A stretch of 63,484 nt of DNA, filler included, from Cladosporium halotolerans (GCF_011745625.1; 5 parts of 5 records of this genome joined end to end with filler, not necessarily neighbours in it); one strand, 5' to 3'. Positions 25,495 to 38,495 are shown, counted from the whole stretch's first letter. A program made the numbers and translations. The notes: a model not told the origin generated them from the sequence alone.

Positions 25495-25605
25495 GAAGCT
25501 TTCCCAACTGCGTGCACAGACACACTGCGTGCACGCGCGACGCGGTCATGACACGCTTTGTTTACCACGCGATATCTGTACGGACTTTGCTGTCATGGAC
25601 GCGGC
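25495..25605. mobile_element. Terminus of a second pogo-like element, cut by the contig end
   Basis: TA followed by GAAGCTTTTCCCAACT..CACACT and a CG-rich tract, similar to the TIR at 18055. Confidence 0.65.
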
Positions 25606-25705
25606 NNNNNNNNNNNNNNNNNNNNNNNNNNNNNNNNNNNNNNNNNNNNTTAATTAATTAANNNNNNNNNNNNNNNNNNNNNNNNNNNNNNNNNNNNNNN
25701 NNNNN
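25606..25705. other. Artificial contig spacer
   Basis: N44-TTAATTAATTAA-N44. Confidence 0.98.
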
Positions 25706-27323
25706 CCACCTGATGCCGCCGTTGACGATCACTCGATAGATCCGGCCGTCGTCGGGATCGGCGTCGATGTTTTGCTTGATCTCAAAGAAACGCCGACGTT
25801 TTGGGGTCTTCTGGATGTGGGTGACTAGGTTGTGGAGTTTCCCGGCAGGGCCTTTGCGACGCCACGTCTGAAGTGCTTCTTCTAAAGGCTCAGACCGCAC
25901 AAGTGCTTCAAAAGCGGCTACATGGCGGCTGTCCGAGAGGCAGTCTTCGCGCTCTTCCTGATCGATTGCGTCATTGTCTGTACCGTACAGCACCGCCTTA
26001 GCCACGAGATTAATCACATGTGCACCGCAGCGTAGGCGGTCGTGATCTGGATTAATGTCCAGACTACCGCTTAAAACCCTGATCGCTCGGTCGTTTGCGG
26101 TCGCGTTGTCCGCCATGAAATACTCCACTTTTTCAGCAATGTCGAAGTCATTGATCACCCGTAAGACCTCCTCCGCGATGCTTTCGCCGCTGTGCGATCC
26201 CCTCGTGTCGCGCAGACCGAGAAGTATGGCGCGCGGACAGAGAGAGGCATCGAGGTAATGTGCACTCACTCCGAGAAAATCCAGGCCGTTGTCAGCGGTC
26301 CAATTGTCGAAGGAAATCGTTATGCTACTCGCTGCCTGACTCAAGAACTTTTCGATTTTCTCTTTAGCACCAGATGCTGCTTGCATGATCCAATCTCGGA
26401 TCGTGTTTGCGCTGGTCGGGACCAAGTTCTCTAATCGAGGGTTTTGAAAGGTTAGCAGGAAAAGATGTGATTGCGAGCTCGCCTGTCGCAAAGATTGGTT
26501 GGTCGTCACTGCCCATCGCACGAAAGCATCAATCCATCCTTTCTCGTTGAAAGTCGAATGATTGGCCGTGTGCTGACGATCAACATACTCAAGCAAGGAG
26601 CCTGCTCGACGCTTCGAGCCTCGGTGCACCTGTTGTCCTTTGAGATCGAAACCATGTCGCTCCATGTGACGCCGTGCCGGTGTGGTCGAGGCAGCTGCGA
26701 GGATGTAATCCTTATGCGGGTGATGCACGGAATCGGCATGACATATTGTACAGAGCCAAACGAGGCTGTAGTCACTGTCTCGTATCAACGCCTCTCCGTG
26801 TTTCCATATCCAGCTTTCCCGCGGCTTCTTCGAGGGCGGTGCGGGCGCGTAGCCACTCAGCTCCGCGCCAGTGATTAGCAGACCGCCCTCATTTTGCCGT
26901 CTGCGCTGCGAGGGTGCAGTGCATAGTTCCGTTGTGCCCACTGGTACGTCTGCCATCGTGGGGCAGTTCGCAGTCAATGCTTGTCTTGTTGCTTGTTTAC
27001 CGGCGGCTTGTCGAGTCGGGCGCAACGCTGCGGGACTCGCGTGTCTCCGCGTCGCGTGCCGCCGCGTCGCGTGCATTGCGTCACAACCCACCAGAAGGGC
27101 ACAGGTCTCGGCTGCGCGCTGATAGGGTCAGGGTTGGGGTTACGAGACGAGATCTGGAATTGATCACATTCAATTCCAAGAAAAATACAATGTCTGCAGA
27201 CAGTCTGCAGACAACAAGTAATTGTCTGGTCTGCTTATATAATGACTTTGCCAATGTCTGTTTGTCTGATTACGTGATCAGACAGACAGACAGTCTGTCT
27301 GTGTCTGTCTGATGAACACCCTG
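25706..27323 (-). mobile_element. hAT (Restless-like) transposon, 5' part with open transposase ORF
   Basis: Terminus CAGGGTGTTCATCAGAC with CAGAC subterminal repeats. ORF has a BED finger (SWIWKHG..WLCTIC..HMERH), ISFDNWT, FMADNATAND, RLRCGAHVINL and GGIRW. Confidence 0.92.
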
Positions 27324-28172
27324 GCTGAAGCCCAGACGCCTCATTTGCTCCAGCACCACCGCCTTGTCCGACTTCGGTCCTTGCGCCGTCCTCGTCACAT
27401 AATCCAAGCCCCAGTCTCTTCGCGTACGGTAGTACGTGCTCCTGAGAGTCCTGATCGTACGATCCGTGACATCTTCGCCAAACACCGTGCCAAACCCTGC
27501 GGAGATGTCTTGCCACTTGGTATCCTTGAGAATGCGGTGGTACATGATGAAAAGCTTTTGCTCGGGGGAATATGCACGACGGGAACGACGCTTGTCGGTG
27601 AGTGATGAATGCTCCGGCTTCGCAGACCGTGCTCGACACATGTGCATCCCTTGATTCGCGTCGTTTTGGACATCAGTCGCGCCTTTCTGGACCAGGACTG
27701 GCAGAGAGCAAGTCGGCTCCTCGAGCGCTTCTTGCCCTCCTGACGAGGTTGGTCCGCCAATCCGACCGTCAACACTTGGTGCTGTCCCCAAGTCCAGCTT
27801 CCTTTGTGTAAAGAAAGGAAGAGACTGAGAAGCCACCCATCGTGCGACGAGACTTGGCCGAATGCTCGTGTGAAGATCCTTGTTCGCGAGCATCGAAGCC
27901 GCTTCGTGACCGGCAAACGTCTTGTCGACATCCGTCCGCTGTCTTGTGAGGAGTCCACCGCAGCTGGCGTCCGGGGTGCTGCGATCTCTTGGCCGGTAAT
28001 TGCTGTCGTGCAGAGTCCTATTGCTGTATTCGATGCGCCCTTCGATGTTCGTTGACGGCAAAACCTGCGGTGCAGTATCAGGAGGGTCGTCGGTGAGCAT
28101 GAATCGGATGCTCATTTTGTGCAGATTTTCTTTGTTCGAAGAAGCCTCACGGCAATCTGTATCTCCCTCCAT
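27324..28172 (-). CDS. Myb/SANT-like HTH protein, C-terminus interrupted by the hAT insertion
   Basis: RRSRRAYSPEQKLFIMYHR..KWQDIS..F...RTIRTLRSTYYRTRRDWG. The frame runs into the TIR (FS|QGVHQTDTD). Confidence 0.6.
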
Positions 28173-28595
28173 AATCAATTCCACGGCAAAGGATGATCGT
28201 TATTGTGTCGGTAAGTATGGACGTACTGTGGGTAGAATAGACAAGATAAACTCGGGAGCAACATTTGTCTCGAGGATTTTGGCCGTACAAATAGGCTCGC
28301 AGCAGTACTCCCCGTCAATCAAAGCATCAGGGAGCAGCCAGAGGCCCACGCGGCCGGGCGTACGATACCGCTCGTATTAGCCGACGTGAGAACGCATTCT
28401 TCTCGTCATGTGTGATCCACTAAAGCCGGCGCGGCCTTCAAGTACTGTACAGTGAGGGCTCGCACCTCTATTTTTCCACTTCATTTGCTCGCCCTCTTTT
28501 CCTCAACTTTACGATCGGTACACAGCACGAAATACTGCTGGAGCGTACCACAGTTTGAGCTCGCTGTGTTTGAAGCCTTCTTGGCTGATTCAGCC

Positions 28596-29792
28596 ATGTC
28601 TCGTTCCGCGCATTGCTTCGCCCTGCTTGCGATTGTGACATTCATGGCCTTCGCGCATATCGTCTCCCCGCATATGTTTCTCGCTTCTCCAAAACCAATC
28701 GAAGGCGCTGCATCAAAAGATCCCCTCATGGCGGACGGCAGCAATTTTCCGTGCCATGGCGCGGCGCTTCCCAAGGAGGGCGGTCAGATCATGGACGCCG
28801 GGTCATCTTTTCCCCTTCGATTCGACCTGGGCCCCAACGGCAGCAATACCGCTGTACACGGTGGAGGGTCTTGCCAGGTGGCTATCACGTACGATACCGA
28901 CGCCGATATGCTCCAGAACCCTTCGAACTGGCACGTGATATACAGTATTGAGGGAGGCTGTCCATCATCTTCCGCGGGGAACCTACGCAATGCGAGCTAT
29001 TGTTCGTCCCCAGGACAGGCTGAGTGCGTGCACACATGGGAAGTGCCATTGCCGGCTAGCCTGCGATCCGGACATGCGATCCTGTCTTGGACGTGGTTCA
29101 ATGCTCTTGGAGAACGAGAAATGTATCAGAACTGCGCCAATGTTGAGATCGTCGGAGGGACAGGCGAGGAAGTGGATTCTCTCCCTGCCATGTACGTCGC
29201 CAACATCGGTCCTGCGGGTGTTTGCACCTCGTCTCCAGAATGGACCAACGTCGCGTTTCCTGATCCTGGCAGATTTCGAACCTCCATGTCAGCAACTGAA
29301 GGGAGCAACTGGCCATCTGCCACCGCAAGCTGCAGCATCGTGGCATCTCAGCTTCAAGACGGCCATGCTTTGGAGACAACTACGGATCACGCAGCCGCTG
29401 AATCACCGATGCCGTGTTCCGAGAAAGCATACCGCTCCTCCGGAGATGGCCTTTCACCACGTGACTGCAGAAGACGATCTTTGGCGACGACAGGGGCCAG
29501 CTATGTGTCTCTTACCAACTCATCAATCGTAAAGATCACGCCGAATTTAGGCAGTTCGGCCGCGACGTCTGTGAACGCTCTGTGGTCAGCGGCGCTATCT
29601 ACGACATGCGACGCTTCGCCCACTGCAACCACTTCCAGTGCGTGCCTCTCACGCCTGGTGTCCTGCTCTTCGAAAGACCTCATTGTATGCATTGGGAAAG
29701 AACATTTTGGGTTGTGCGACAAAGGATGCGCGCAGATTCAGCTGCTCGCTCCCGGAACAACCTGCTCCGCCGTGAAAATGCTGGACACGTAG
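28596..29792 (+). CDS. AA11 lytic polysaccharide monooxygenase with C-terminal X278-like Cys module
   Basis: Signal peptide, then HMFLASP, DGSNFPC, AVHGGGSCQ, SIEGGCP and WTWFN..G.REMYQNCA. Ser/Thr linker and C-terminal C..IVC.G..FGLC..G......APGTTC. Confidence 0.9.
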   Translation: MSRSAHCFALLAIVTFMAFAHIVSPHMFLASPKPIEGAASKDPLMADGSNFPCHGAALPKEGGQIMDAGSSFPLRFDLGPNGSNTAVHGGGSCQVAITYDTDADMLQNPSNWHVIYSIEGGCPSSSAGNLRNASYCSSPGQAECVHTWEVPLPASLRSGHAILSWTWFNALGEREMYQNCANVEIVGGTGEEVDSLPAMYVANIGPAGVCTSSPEWTNVAFPDPGRFRTSMSATEGSNWPSATASCSIVASQLQDGHALETTTDHAAAESPMPCSEKAYRSSGDGLSPRDCRRRSLATTGASYVSLTNSSIVKITPNLGSSAATSVNALWSAALSTTCDASPTATTSSACLSRLVSCSSKDLIVCIGKEHFGLCDKGCAQIQLLAPGTTCSAVKMLDT

Positions 29793-30416
29793 AGTCAGTA
29801 GCTATTGGTAATTTATTCAAAGCCCACAGTTCCACGCGGGCGTTGATTTAGTGCTTTGACCCGTCATCGGGCTAGCAAGGTAGCTGCTCGAATATACCTC
29901 CGTGACATCTCGTAAGCGAACAAGCACCCATCGACGCCTCAGCCAAAGTCCGGTTCCTGTGACAACTCCTTTGGAATATCCTGAACGAGCTGTGGGGATG
30001 TTCGAGGTGGCTTGCCAGAGGCACACGTGGCTTGCGAAGCACTTAGCCTACTGAAGTGGATGGAGTGGTCATTTGGCTTGCGAAAGTCTCGGAAAGAATG
30101 GCCCGTCGTCATGCGGAAGAGTCAAAGCTGGCTGCGCTATGATGGCAGCAGAATGCAAGGCTCGCTTGTTGAGCTACAGTAGCATCCGGAGCAGTCACCT
30201 TGGTTTGCAGCGCCGGACCGGGATAGCCCTGCTGATGTACGGTAGAAAGGTGCCAACATAAACGTGCGCGATGCTGCTTTGCTCCAACGTATCGAAGGGA
30301 AGACTCGCCATCAGCTACCCATCCCGCGATAGTGTTGCTTCCGTCGAAGCGACTGTGTAGGTCAAGTTTCGGGGGGTCCAGTACCGTACCGTGGCTGGGA
30401 CGGACGATGGCGTAAT

Positions 30417-30442
30417 CAAGTCAAATCAAATCAAATCAAATC
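30417..30442 (-). repeat. (TGATT)n microsatellite, possibly the 3' tail of a truncated non-LTR element
   Basis: TCAAG(TCAAA)4 on the plus strand. Confidence 0.5.
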
Positions 30443-30917
30443 AGTATTGTACAGTAGTTTAAGAAGCTCCACGAAAGTCGCAGAAACGATCCGTTGTCCA
30501 AGAAAGCGTACGCGCATCACGTATTCGCAGTCATTCATTGGAGAAGCCATATGTCAAGAAAGAGTCCTCCCAAATGAATGCTGGCTCTCGCTTGTGTCAT
30601 GACCGTGCGTAGTCATGTGGGTACGCCGGGAGATGAGCCTTGATCAACCTATAAGGCGGGCGAGCTCCATGCCATCCCTTGGTCTTCAATTTCCTGCTTG
30701 CTGCCGTGATAAGACGAGAGATCCGCGCCACTTTTGGCATTACCAAGCTGAACCCTTATGTTCAACAAGTATCACTCCAGCGGATGCCGATTGCCTAGTC
30801 CCTCTTCCTCGGGCATTGGCCAAAGGCGCATACCTGCAGCCTTACGATACTACATCAGTGACATGTCACCAAGTTCATCTGCGGAAACGGACTTCGAAAC
30901 ACATCGGCAGCAGGTCA

Positions 30918-33388
30918 ATGGTGACAGCAGCGTTCGAGCTGTGGAGGTGCAAAGACCTTCGAAAAGACCTGGTGGGAAAGTGTCTTAGATGTCCTCCACG
31001 CGACTGTCTCTTGTTTGAAGGCCTCGCTGACGACGGATCTGGAATAGGCGATCCACCCACTTATCCTTTGGCGAAACGTCCCAAGCCATCTGAAACAACT
31101 CAGTCAGTCTCTCCTCCCAAGACGCCACAGAGCAGCTCAAGCGCCTCCGAGCGGTCGGAGATGGTCTCGTCCCAAGAATTGCAAAGCTCGATCTCGCAAG
31201 AAACAGACATTTCCGTGACGTGGGAGAAAGACACGCTGTCGCTGCTCATCCGAGCGATCCTCCCTTCGGAACAGCCAGGATTGTTCCCGCGTGAGATCCG
31301 GGCTCTGCTTCTGCATCAATGGGAAGATCCCATTCAGCAGAGGTTCAAAGCTCGTGCAAGCTTCGAAACGGCAGTATATCAAAGTCTCATCAGAATGTTG
31401 AACAGCGAGGAAATTCGAAGAAAACCAGCAAGCACTGACAAAGGGGGCCAAAGCCATCGATATATCGTGGCAGAAGACGCCGGATCTGACGAACTTTGTC
31501 GGGTGAAACGAGCAAAAGTTTCTTCCAAGGCCGTTTCCACTGAAACGACAGCTTCCCAGCAGGCAAAACTACCCAGCAAGAAGCGGGACAAGGGGCCTCA
31601 AATGAGGGAGAAGAACCACTCAGCAGTGGAGCCTTCGGACAGTTGGGCAGCGTCGAAAGCGCCAGAACTTGCCGGAGGTGTTCCTAAAGAGGCAAAAGGC
31701 ATGCATCATAAGGCGCTGCCACAGCTTCCACTGAAGGTATCGGATGCGTATCGTCAGTCTTCGCGTCCTGGGCAGATCACCCCTAGAGAACCCGCTAGGC
31801 TACCACTCGAGACGCCATCACAGGAGAAACCCGGCAACGATCGCCACCAGCAGGTATCGGGGGCGAATGAAAAGCTCTCTCCGTCCGGCTCGGAGCCTGG
31901 CGAGGAACGCGTCATGCGACCCTCACCAGAGACACAAAGGCACATCGACACAACACGTGTCGCGAACGAGCCCAGCGGGACTCCGAAGCCGCCTCCTAGC
32001 GAAGCTTCTCGCACAACCAGAACGAACGTACGAAAAGAGCCTTGCATTGACCCGTGCGCTCAAATCCGACCTCCGCAACCTCAGACAGAATGCACAACCA
32101 CGCCGAGAGAGAACCGGACGGTAGAGCAGGTCTCCGAAGACGACGCTCGATCGTCACAGCAGTCGGTGCAACTGGTGTCGAGACCCTCCAGTCAAGTGAC
32201 GGTAAACAAAGGTCCGCACATGTCGAAACCGTCATGTGAGTCCGTACCAAGTAAAGACGTACAAGCAACATCTGCCCAAACGCCGCAGAAACCGCTCGGT
32301 GTAGCGGAAGCTCCAAGGCAGACTTCTGCACTTCCTACACGAACGGAAGATCTGCTAGAGAGGTCTGTATCCAAAAAACCGTCTCCGGTGACTCTGCCTG
32401 CGAAAGAGTCGGCTGCAGTGCCTCCGGGCCCCGCCTCGGAAAGCGTCTCGTCCCAACAGCTAAATGGGCCCAACTCGCTCCACAACAGCCTCCCCGTCCA
32501 CCGAGCGCAGCCCTTAGCGTCTGATTCTGGCACTGCACAAATCTTGAGTGATGGACAACATGGACACGACAACGCGAAACCGGCCGGTAACGACAGGACC
32601 GACGGTGAACAAAATCCAGACTCGCGTCAAGCGGCGCACCAAGGTCAGCCTTCAATGTCACAAACAACCCGACTTTCCGCCGAGACGGGGCCTGAAAATA
32701 TGGCTTCAACGACCTCGGAGGCCAGACTCCCGAGCTTCGCTACCAATTGGACGAGCGTCAATGCAAAGCATGCAAAGCTGACGAGTGTGCCAGGAAGCAG
32801 CGAGCGATCATGGGAACAAAGACAAACCAGACACGAGAACGGAAGAGCCGACCAGAACATGACGGGCGCCGCAAGACGAGGTGGCTGTCAGGATGCCGGC
32901 AGGAAGGATGCCGGACGTAGCGATACAAATCATGACACAGTGGTTCCTCACGATGCTCCAAAAGACCATCAAGGTTGCGGCGAGCTGAAAGTGGATGGGA
33001 ACAGTGGAGTACTTGAGCTGGGGAAAATGGTCGAGGTCGCGCGCAGGATCCAATTGAACGAAAGCGAATTGCCAAGCGTCTGGCAGATCTCGAGCCGAAA
33101 AGGCGCTCTGCTATGCTCGAATTCAAAACACTGCAAGCTGAGCTCGAGGTGGACAGATCAAAGTATCACGATCTGTGTGCACAATTGACACAGCTGCGTA
33201 GTCAGGTAGTAGAGATGGAAGGACAGGTGGCAGCGGTTCTCAGTCGAGCCAACGAGCGGAAACACGCAGTGGGACTCAAACGCGCAGAGCTCCAAGAGCA
33301 TGCGGCATCGATGAAGAAAATGGAGGCAAAGTTCTCCGGCACTGGCAAAGAGCTGAACGGCCTGGTGGAGGCCTTGGGTATTTTTTGA
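30918..33388 (+). CDS. Large Ser/Pro/Gln-rich hypothetical protein with C-terminal coiled coil (apparent frameshift near 33050)
   Basis: 857-codon open frame. The coiled-coil tail (RIAKRLADLE..LQAELE..LTQLRSQV) lies in another frame. Start uncertain. Confidence 0.55.
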
Positions 33389-33631
33389 GGTGTCTGTGGC
33401 GGACAGGACTTGTGATATGTCACTGTTCAGTGGAGACACAGCCGTCATATGAAATGGAGTTTGATGTTTTGGAATATCAGGAACGATCTGACGTAAATTA
33501 TCGCCCCTTCGATATCAAACAACAAAAAGTCACGAACAACAACACCGCAAACGTAAAGTTACTCATTCAAGGCAACAAACTTTGACTGAAAACTCGACGT
33601 TGTCAGAGTTGAAGTTCATTGTTAACGTTAA

Positions 33632-33812
33632 GGTACTGCTGGCTCTCGGCTTTCTCTTCAATCGATCGACGGCCGCGTGAACGGTGGTGAAGCGTGGCGC
33701 GAGGGACTCCGCTGTGATCTGCAATTGCACGATATGACCTGCTCACGCCGGCAGGAGGGCCCTGCGCTAGAACCTGGCTAGCTTTGTCAATGTCAGAATG
33801 TAGAGATACATG
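33632..33812 (-). mobile_element. Tc1/mariner-pogo transposase N-terminal HTH fragment
   Basis: IDKASQVLAQG..RSYRAIADHSGVPRATLHHRSRGRRSIEEKAESQQYL, truncated. Confidence 0.8.
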
Positions 33813-34398
33813 TACAGTAATGTACCGTTCCACCCGCAGCTCGAAGTGACAGCGAGTAGTGAGGCTTGCGCAAGCGCCGAGTACGATGTCGACACTTGTT
33901 CACGCAGCCATAGAAACCCATGGAACTCTTTCCCGGTCAGCTGTAGCATGGTAACAGCTTTAATTTACTCGGCAGCCTGTTCAAACAGCCACGAAAAGAA
34001 GGTCTCAATGAGATACTTGGTCTACTCCCGGGTACTTTTTGTGAGCAATCCATCCGCCATCCGCAAATGGAGCCCTCGATCAATTGGATTGTTGGTCTGA
34101 CTGCAGATACTGCAATCTAGCTGGCTGTTCGTTCCCAACTGCGAAGGTGAGAATGAGGGATTAAACAAAGGGGGTTGACGGCCTTGTATACCCTTAGATT
34201 CTTGCCCCCTCTGATTGGTCCGTCTGACGTCGCTGTGTCTGACTGCATTCTAATTCCGAGACTCTAAACCCTTGACTGGATTTTCATTGTTAATATAAGA
34301 GACGTGATGGCCGACTCACGTAGGCTCATTGTAGTACAAACTCTTTCCAAAGCAAAGAATCCACGAGAGTCCGCATCGTTCACTATCAATACATCGCA

Positions 34399-35208
34399 AT
34401 GTCAAACTGGATAATTTGGCATGCCTATGTTGGTATTAGGAAGCGGGATGATGTGCAGCAGTACCTGCGCCACGACGGTCTTGACACTACTCTTAGAATC
34501 GATTTTGATCACCTGCTGGGAGACACCAACATCGCCAAGCCTCCGACACGCGATTGGTACAAGCTACATCTCATCTCCCGGACATCAGGAGACACAGACA
34601 AGGTAGAAAACCTGTGGCGTCGAAACGTGATTGCGTAGGGACTCAACATCTGGGAAGCTGACCTGGTGACACTTTTAAAAGATTTGTGTCAGCTCCACGC
34701 AGCCGTGCGATTCCAAGGCTCGCAGGCTGGACATCTGCCACCTGCATTCCAAAGTGTTGAAGAAGCTTATCGCAAAATACCACCTAGATTTTCGGGGTTT
34801 TCTGCCACGGAACTATACTATGAGTGGTACATGCTTGCAATAACGCGAATCGTCGTGGGCTGTTGGAAGCAATCGTTTTGGGAAATTCGCCATGACACAA
34901 GAAATGGCAAGCTCACTACGAGTGGAATCGAATGCTGGAACGACCTCGCTATTTGGGCATCCATTGACGATGAAAAGTTTGGACGCGGGAGACCCGCCTC
35001 GTCCACGATCCCGCCAGCTCAACACGGCACACAAAGCTCAGGCCCTACTTCTGAGAAAAGGCCGAAGGACGAGGAAGACGAAGTAGATCACATGTGTCGC
35101 AAAAACTTGAAAGGTGAAATTCTTGTTGAAGCTACAGGACCCGCCAACACCACAGCGCCTTACCCTGAAAGCAAGCAAGCAAAAGAAGGGGAGCAAAAGC
35201 GAAGCTGA
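34399..35208 (+). pseudogene. Hypothetical protein interrupted by one in-frame TAG
   Basis: ORFs 34399-34638 and 34666-35208 share a frame across TAG 34636-34638. TATA-like TAATATAA upstream. Confidence 0.45.
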
Positions 35209-35494
35209 TGACGGCAGAGACGATGAGCGATCCTGAACATCGAAAGACGATGCTTGAGTCGCCACATACTCATCGGAAATTCAGGGGCGAAAATTGAATC
35301 AACTTCAATGTGCGCGCGCGAGTAGTGATAAGAGGGTCGGCATGAAATTTGCTGTATTGGACGTCCATGGAACCTCAACATCTTGCCAATATTTTGAACG
35401 ATCTCTTGTCCCTCATTTCTGCAGCCAACTTTTCCTTTTCCTTGTACGACCTTCCTCCCTTCTATATCGTATTCGTCCGTCGCCGACTAACGTT

Positions 35495-36773
35495 ATGCCC
35501 ACCAACAGATGGATTCACCCGCGTCAATCTCTACGCATCGTCGCCGCCGTGGCTTTCGCTGCTGCGTTTTTCTTCTTCGAAACTATTGAGCTCAATCCTG
35601 CGAAATATGCCAATACTAATGCAGCGTCCGGTCTGTTTCCAAAGTCACTACTTGATCTCCTCCGACGTTGACGAATATTACCTTGGTGAGCATATCCTGG
35701 ACGCTTTAGCAGATGTCAGTCCCAGCATCACCGAGCATAACTCCGACTTCGAGCTATATCGACGACTACTCAAAGGCGGAAGATCATCTTTGCATTTGTC
35801 AGAGCTTGCGGGTCCACCGGATGAGGTCTCAGAACATGTCCGGGAAGTCGAAGAATTCAAGATAAATGGAAGTTACTCCCGACGATCAACAGAACACTGC
35901 AGATGAGACCCGAAAAGCAGTGGTACGTTTGTGTGGAGGCAGACACCTTTTTTGTATAGTCCATGCTGCTGCAATATCTGGAGAACCTTGACCCGGCACA
36001 GTCATTATGTGTGGGCAATTCCACGCTCATAGGGGAAGTCATGTTCGCACACGGTGGCTCGGGTTTTGTCGTTTCTGGGCCTGTGCTTGAATCGGTCGTC
36101 GAGCATTACGCAACGCGCAAAGAAGAAATCGAAAGCTTCATTAATGAGCAGAGGGCGGGAGATTGCGTTCTGGGCAAGGTACTCTTTGATTTGGGAGTGT
36201 CCCTGACAAACGGCTGGCTGGCCTTTCAGGGGGACTACCCAGGCTTCCTATCGTACACACCAGCAGACAGACGTTCCGTGACCGACAAGTTCTTCGGAGA
36301 ATGGTGCAGCCCCATGGTATCGTACCATCATATGGCCCCGTCTGAGATCGAGGAGCTGTGGCGCTTTGAGCAAGACTGGTTGATCAACCAAAGTCAAGTC
36401 AGTACTGCTTTGTCATCGAAATCTTGAAATGCCAATATTGATTCGATACTTCACAGGGCAACAAGACTCTACGCCACAGGGACATCTTCACCAATTTTAT
36501 CATGCCTCGGATGTGTCGGTCAGTGGAGACTGGGATAACTTCAGCGAGGACAGATCGGTAATTGCCTCTTCAATTGATGAGTGTAGGCACAAATGCGCGG
36601 CAGTACCGGAATGCAGACAATATTCGTACGACGAAAAGAAATCGTGCAGGACACACGTTGATCTAAGGCTGGGCAGGGCTAAGCTTGGAGTCACTTCGGG
36701 ATGGATTTGGGATCATGTGATTGACTTTGCGCAGGGCATGCCGCCTTGCGAGGAAACGACTTGGCCGACATGA
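35495..36773 (+). pseudogene. Glycosyltransferase family 31 (Fringe-like) with C-terminal Cys-rich module, frameshifted and deleted
   Basis: N-terminal TM; HILDAL..DFELY; DKWK; WYVCVEADT; FAHGGSGFVVS; AGDCVLG; VSYHHM; WDNFS..C...C...C.QY, spread over different frames. Confidence 0.85.
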
Positions 36774-37557
36774 TTGCAAAGAATGTGCGCTGTCGTACAT
36801 GCTGTAGGAGCTGCAAGCTTCGCTGTATATGTCCGTTCTGTGTGGGCGGCAGCTATAAGAAATTTGCCGAATCGGAAGGCGTTGATCAAGCTGGCAACAA
36901 AACAATGCAGAACTATCGTCAAGTATTGCTGATGATTGATCATAGCATGAAAGAAGCGCGATGTGCATGTAGAAGAGGACCACACGTCCATGCACAACGT
37001 GTCCGCGTATCATGACGAACGCAAATCTCCGATAGCAGAGTCTGCCACGAGCTCAATCACATTCGGCTTCGTTTTGGCCAATGAGCTTTTCCATACAGTA
37101 ACGGTGAAGACCTCCCAAACAGGCAGACTGGAGTCATCGCAAGGAAAGTGAATTTCAGAACGGATGATGGTTATATCCACGCCAGGCAAATTGCTGGCAT
37201 CCTTTACACACCCGTCTGCATCCACTATGCGCCAGTCGAATCGTTGTCTGGTAGGGTTGCTGATGGTGCCAAAACCACGTCTCCGTGATCTCCCAAAGGC
37301 ATTTTGAAAGGAAGGCGGACAAGACTCGTCGGGAATTGAGAAGCCTGCACGAAGCCGGAAGCCAGAATTTGAGTGCGAGCTGGAAAGGAAAAAAGCCGTG
37401 GAACCCTATAGTCACCGGCGATTTCGGTGTCCCCTTGCGCACTCATATGTTGATTGTAAACAATAGACATTGGTTGTTTGAAGCTTATATGTTGTCTCTG
37501 TGCAAGTCATACAGTGATTGTAGATGAGATACATATAATGCGTTTATCAAACATATA

Positions 37558-38395
37558 ACGTGTTTCATCAGCACCCCGCGCATACCAGTACCCCGCGCAC
37601 TCTCTCAGCATACCAGCACTTCCATTACCAAAAACACGACCACAAACGATCAGATTGATTGGAAAAAAATTCTGGTCTAGTCAATAGACATTTCTGCTTC
37701 GAGCTGGCATGTTCGTATATTGTGGCCTGGCTTTCCGCACTTGCGACAGCGGCGAGTTGACACAAGTCCACCACCATTGCCGCGCTTGTTTTCACCGGCA
37801 ATTTGCCCCCGCTGCTCTTTCGTCTCCTTCTGAGCTGCAATATCCCTCGCAATCTGTGCAGTAAGCACACCTCCGTGGCGGACACGTGATTTCTTAGCGG
37901 TCCGACGCTTGCTAAGTGCATCGTTAGCCTTCCGAAGAGATCGGTTCTCTGCAGTCAACAGGGTCACCGAGTGGGCCATCGCCTCGAACCCCTTCGCCAT
38001 CTGCCTGGCAGCCGAAAATACGGGTGTCGGAGAGCTACCTTGGTGACCGCTGATCCGGGACCTCACCAGTTCGGACTGTGATATGGCTTCAGCGGGGTTG
38101 TGCGGTGTCTGCGAGACCCAGGGGTCGGCTTCGGCTGCTGGAGAGCTCGCGGGCGTTGGGGTCCGCAGCTTGATATCGAGTCGAGAAAGCACAGTTTGCG
38201 GATCGTACGGGACTAGGCCGGCGCCGCGGAAACCTCCGGCAATGTTTTCCGCCGTCATACAAGCCGTGTACGCTGTGCGAAATGCCAGGAAAAATTCGAC
38301 CTTGGTGATGTGATTGATGTGTGCCCGGACGAACGTATCGATTTCTCTGCCGTAAGCGCGCTTGAGCGGACTGAAGAGGCCGACGTCAAGTGGCT
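37558..38395 (-). mobile_element. Pot2/Fot1-like pogo transposon, 3' part
   Basis: PLDVGLFSPLKRAY, ITKVEF, GFRGAGLVPYDP and C-terminal CRKCGKPGHNIRTC. Terminus TA|ACGTGTTTCATCAGCACCCCGCGCA with an internal direct repeat. Confidence 0.9.
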
Positions 38396-38495
38396 NNNNN
38401 NNNNNNNNNNNNNNNNNNNNNNNNNNNNNNNNNNNNNNNTTAATTAATTAANNNNNNNNNNNNNNNNNNNNNNNNNNNNNNNNNNNNNNNNNNNN
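38396..38495. other. Artificial contig spacer
   Basis: N44-TTAATTAATTAA-N44. Confidence 0.98.

Noticed and set aside
20557..29792. Chitin synthase + AA11 LPMO as a chitin cluster
   Set aside because: The two genes are on different contigs.
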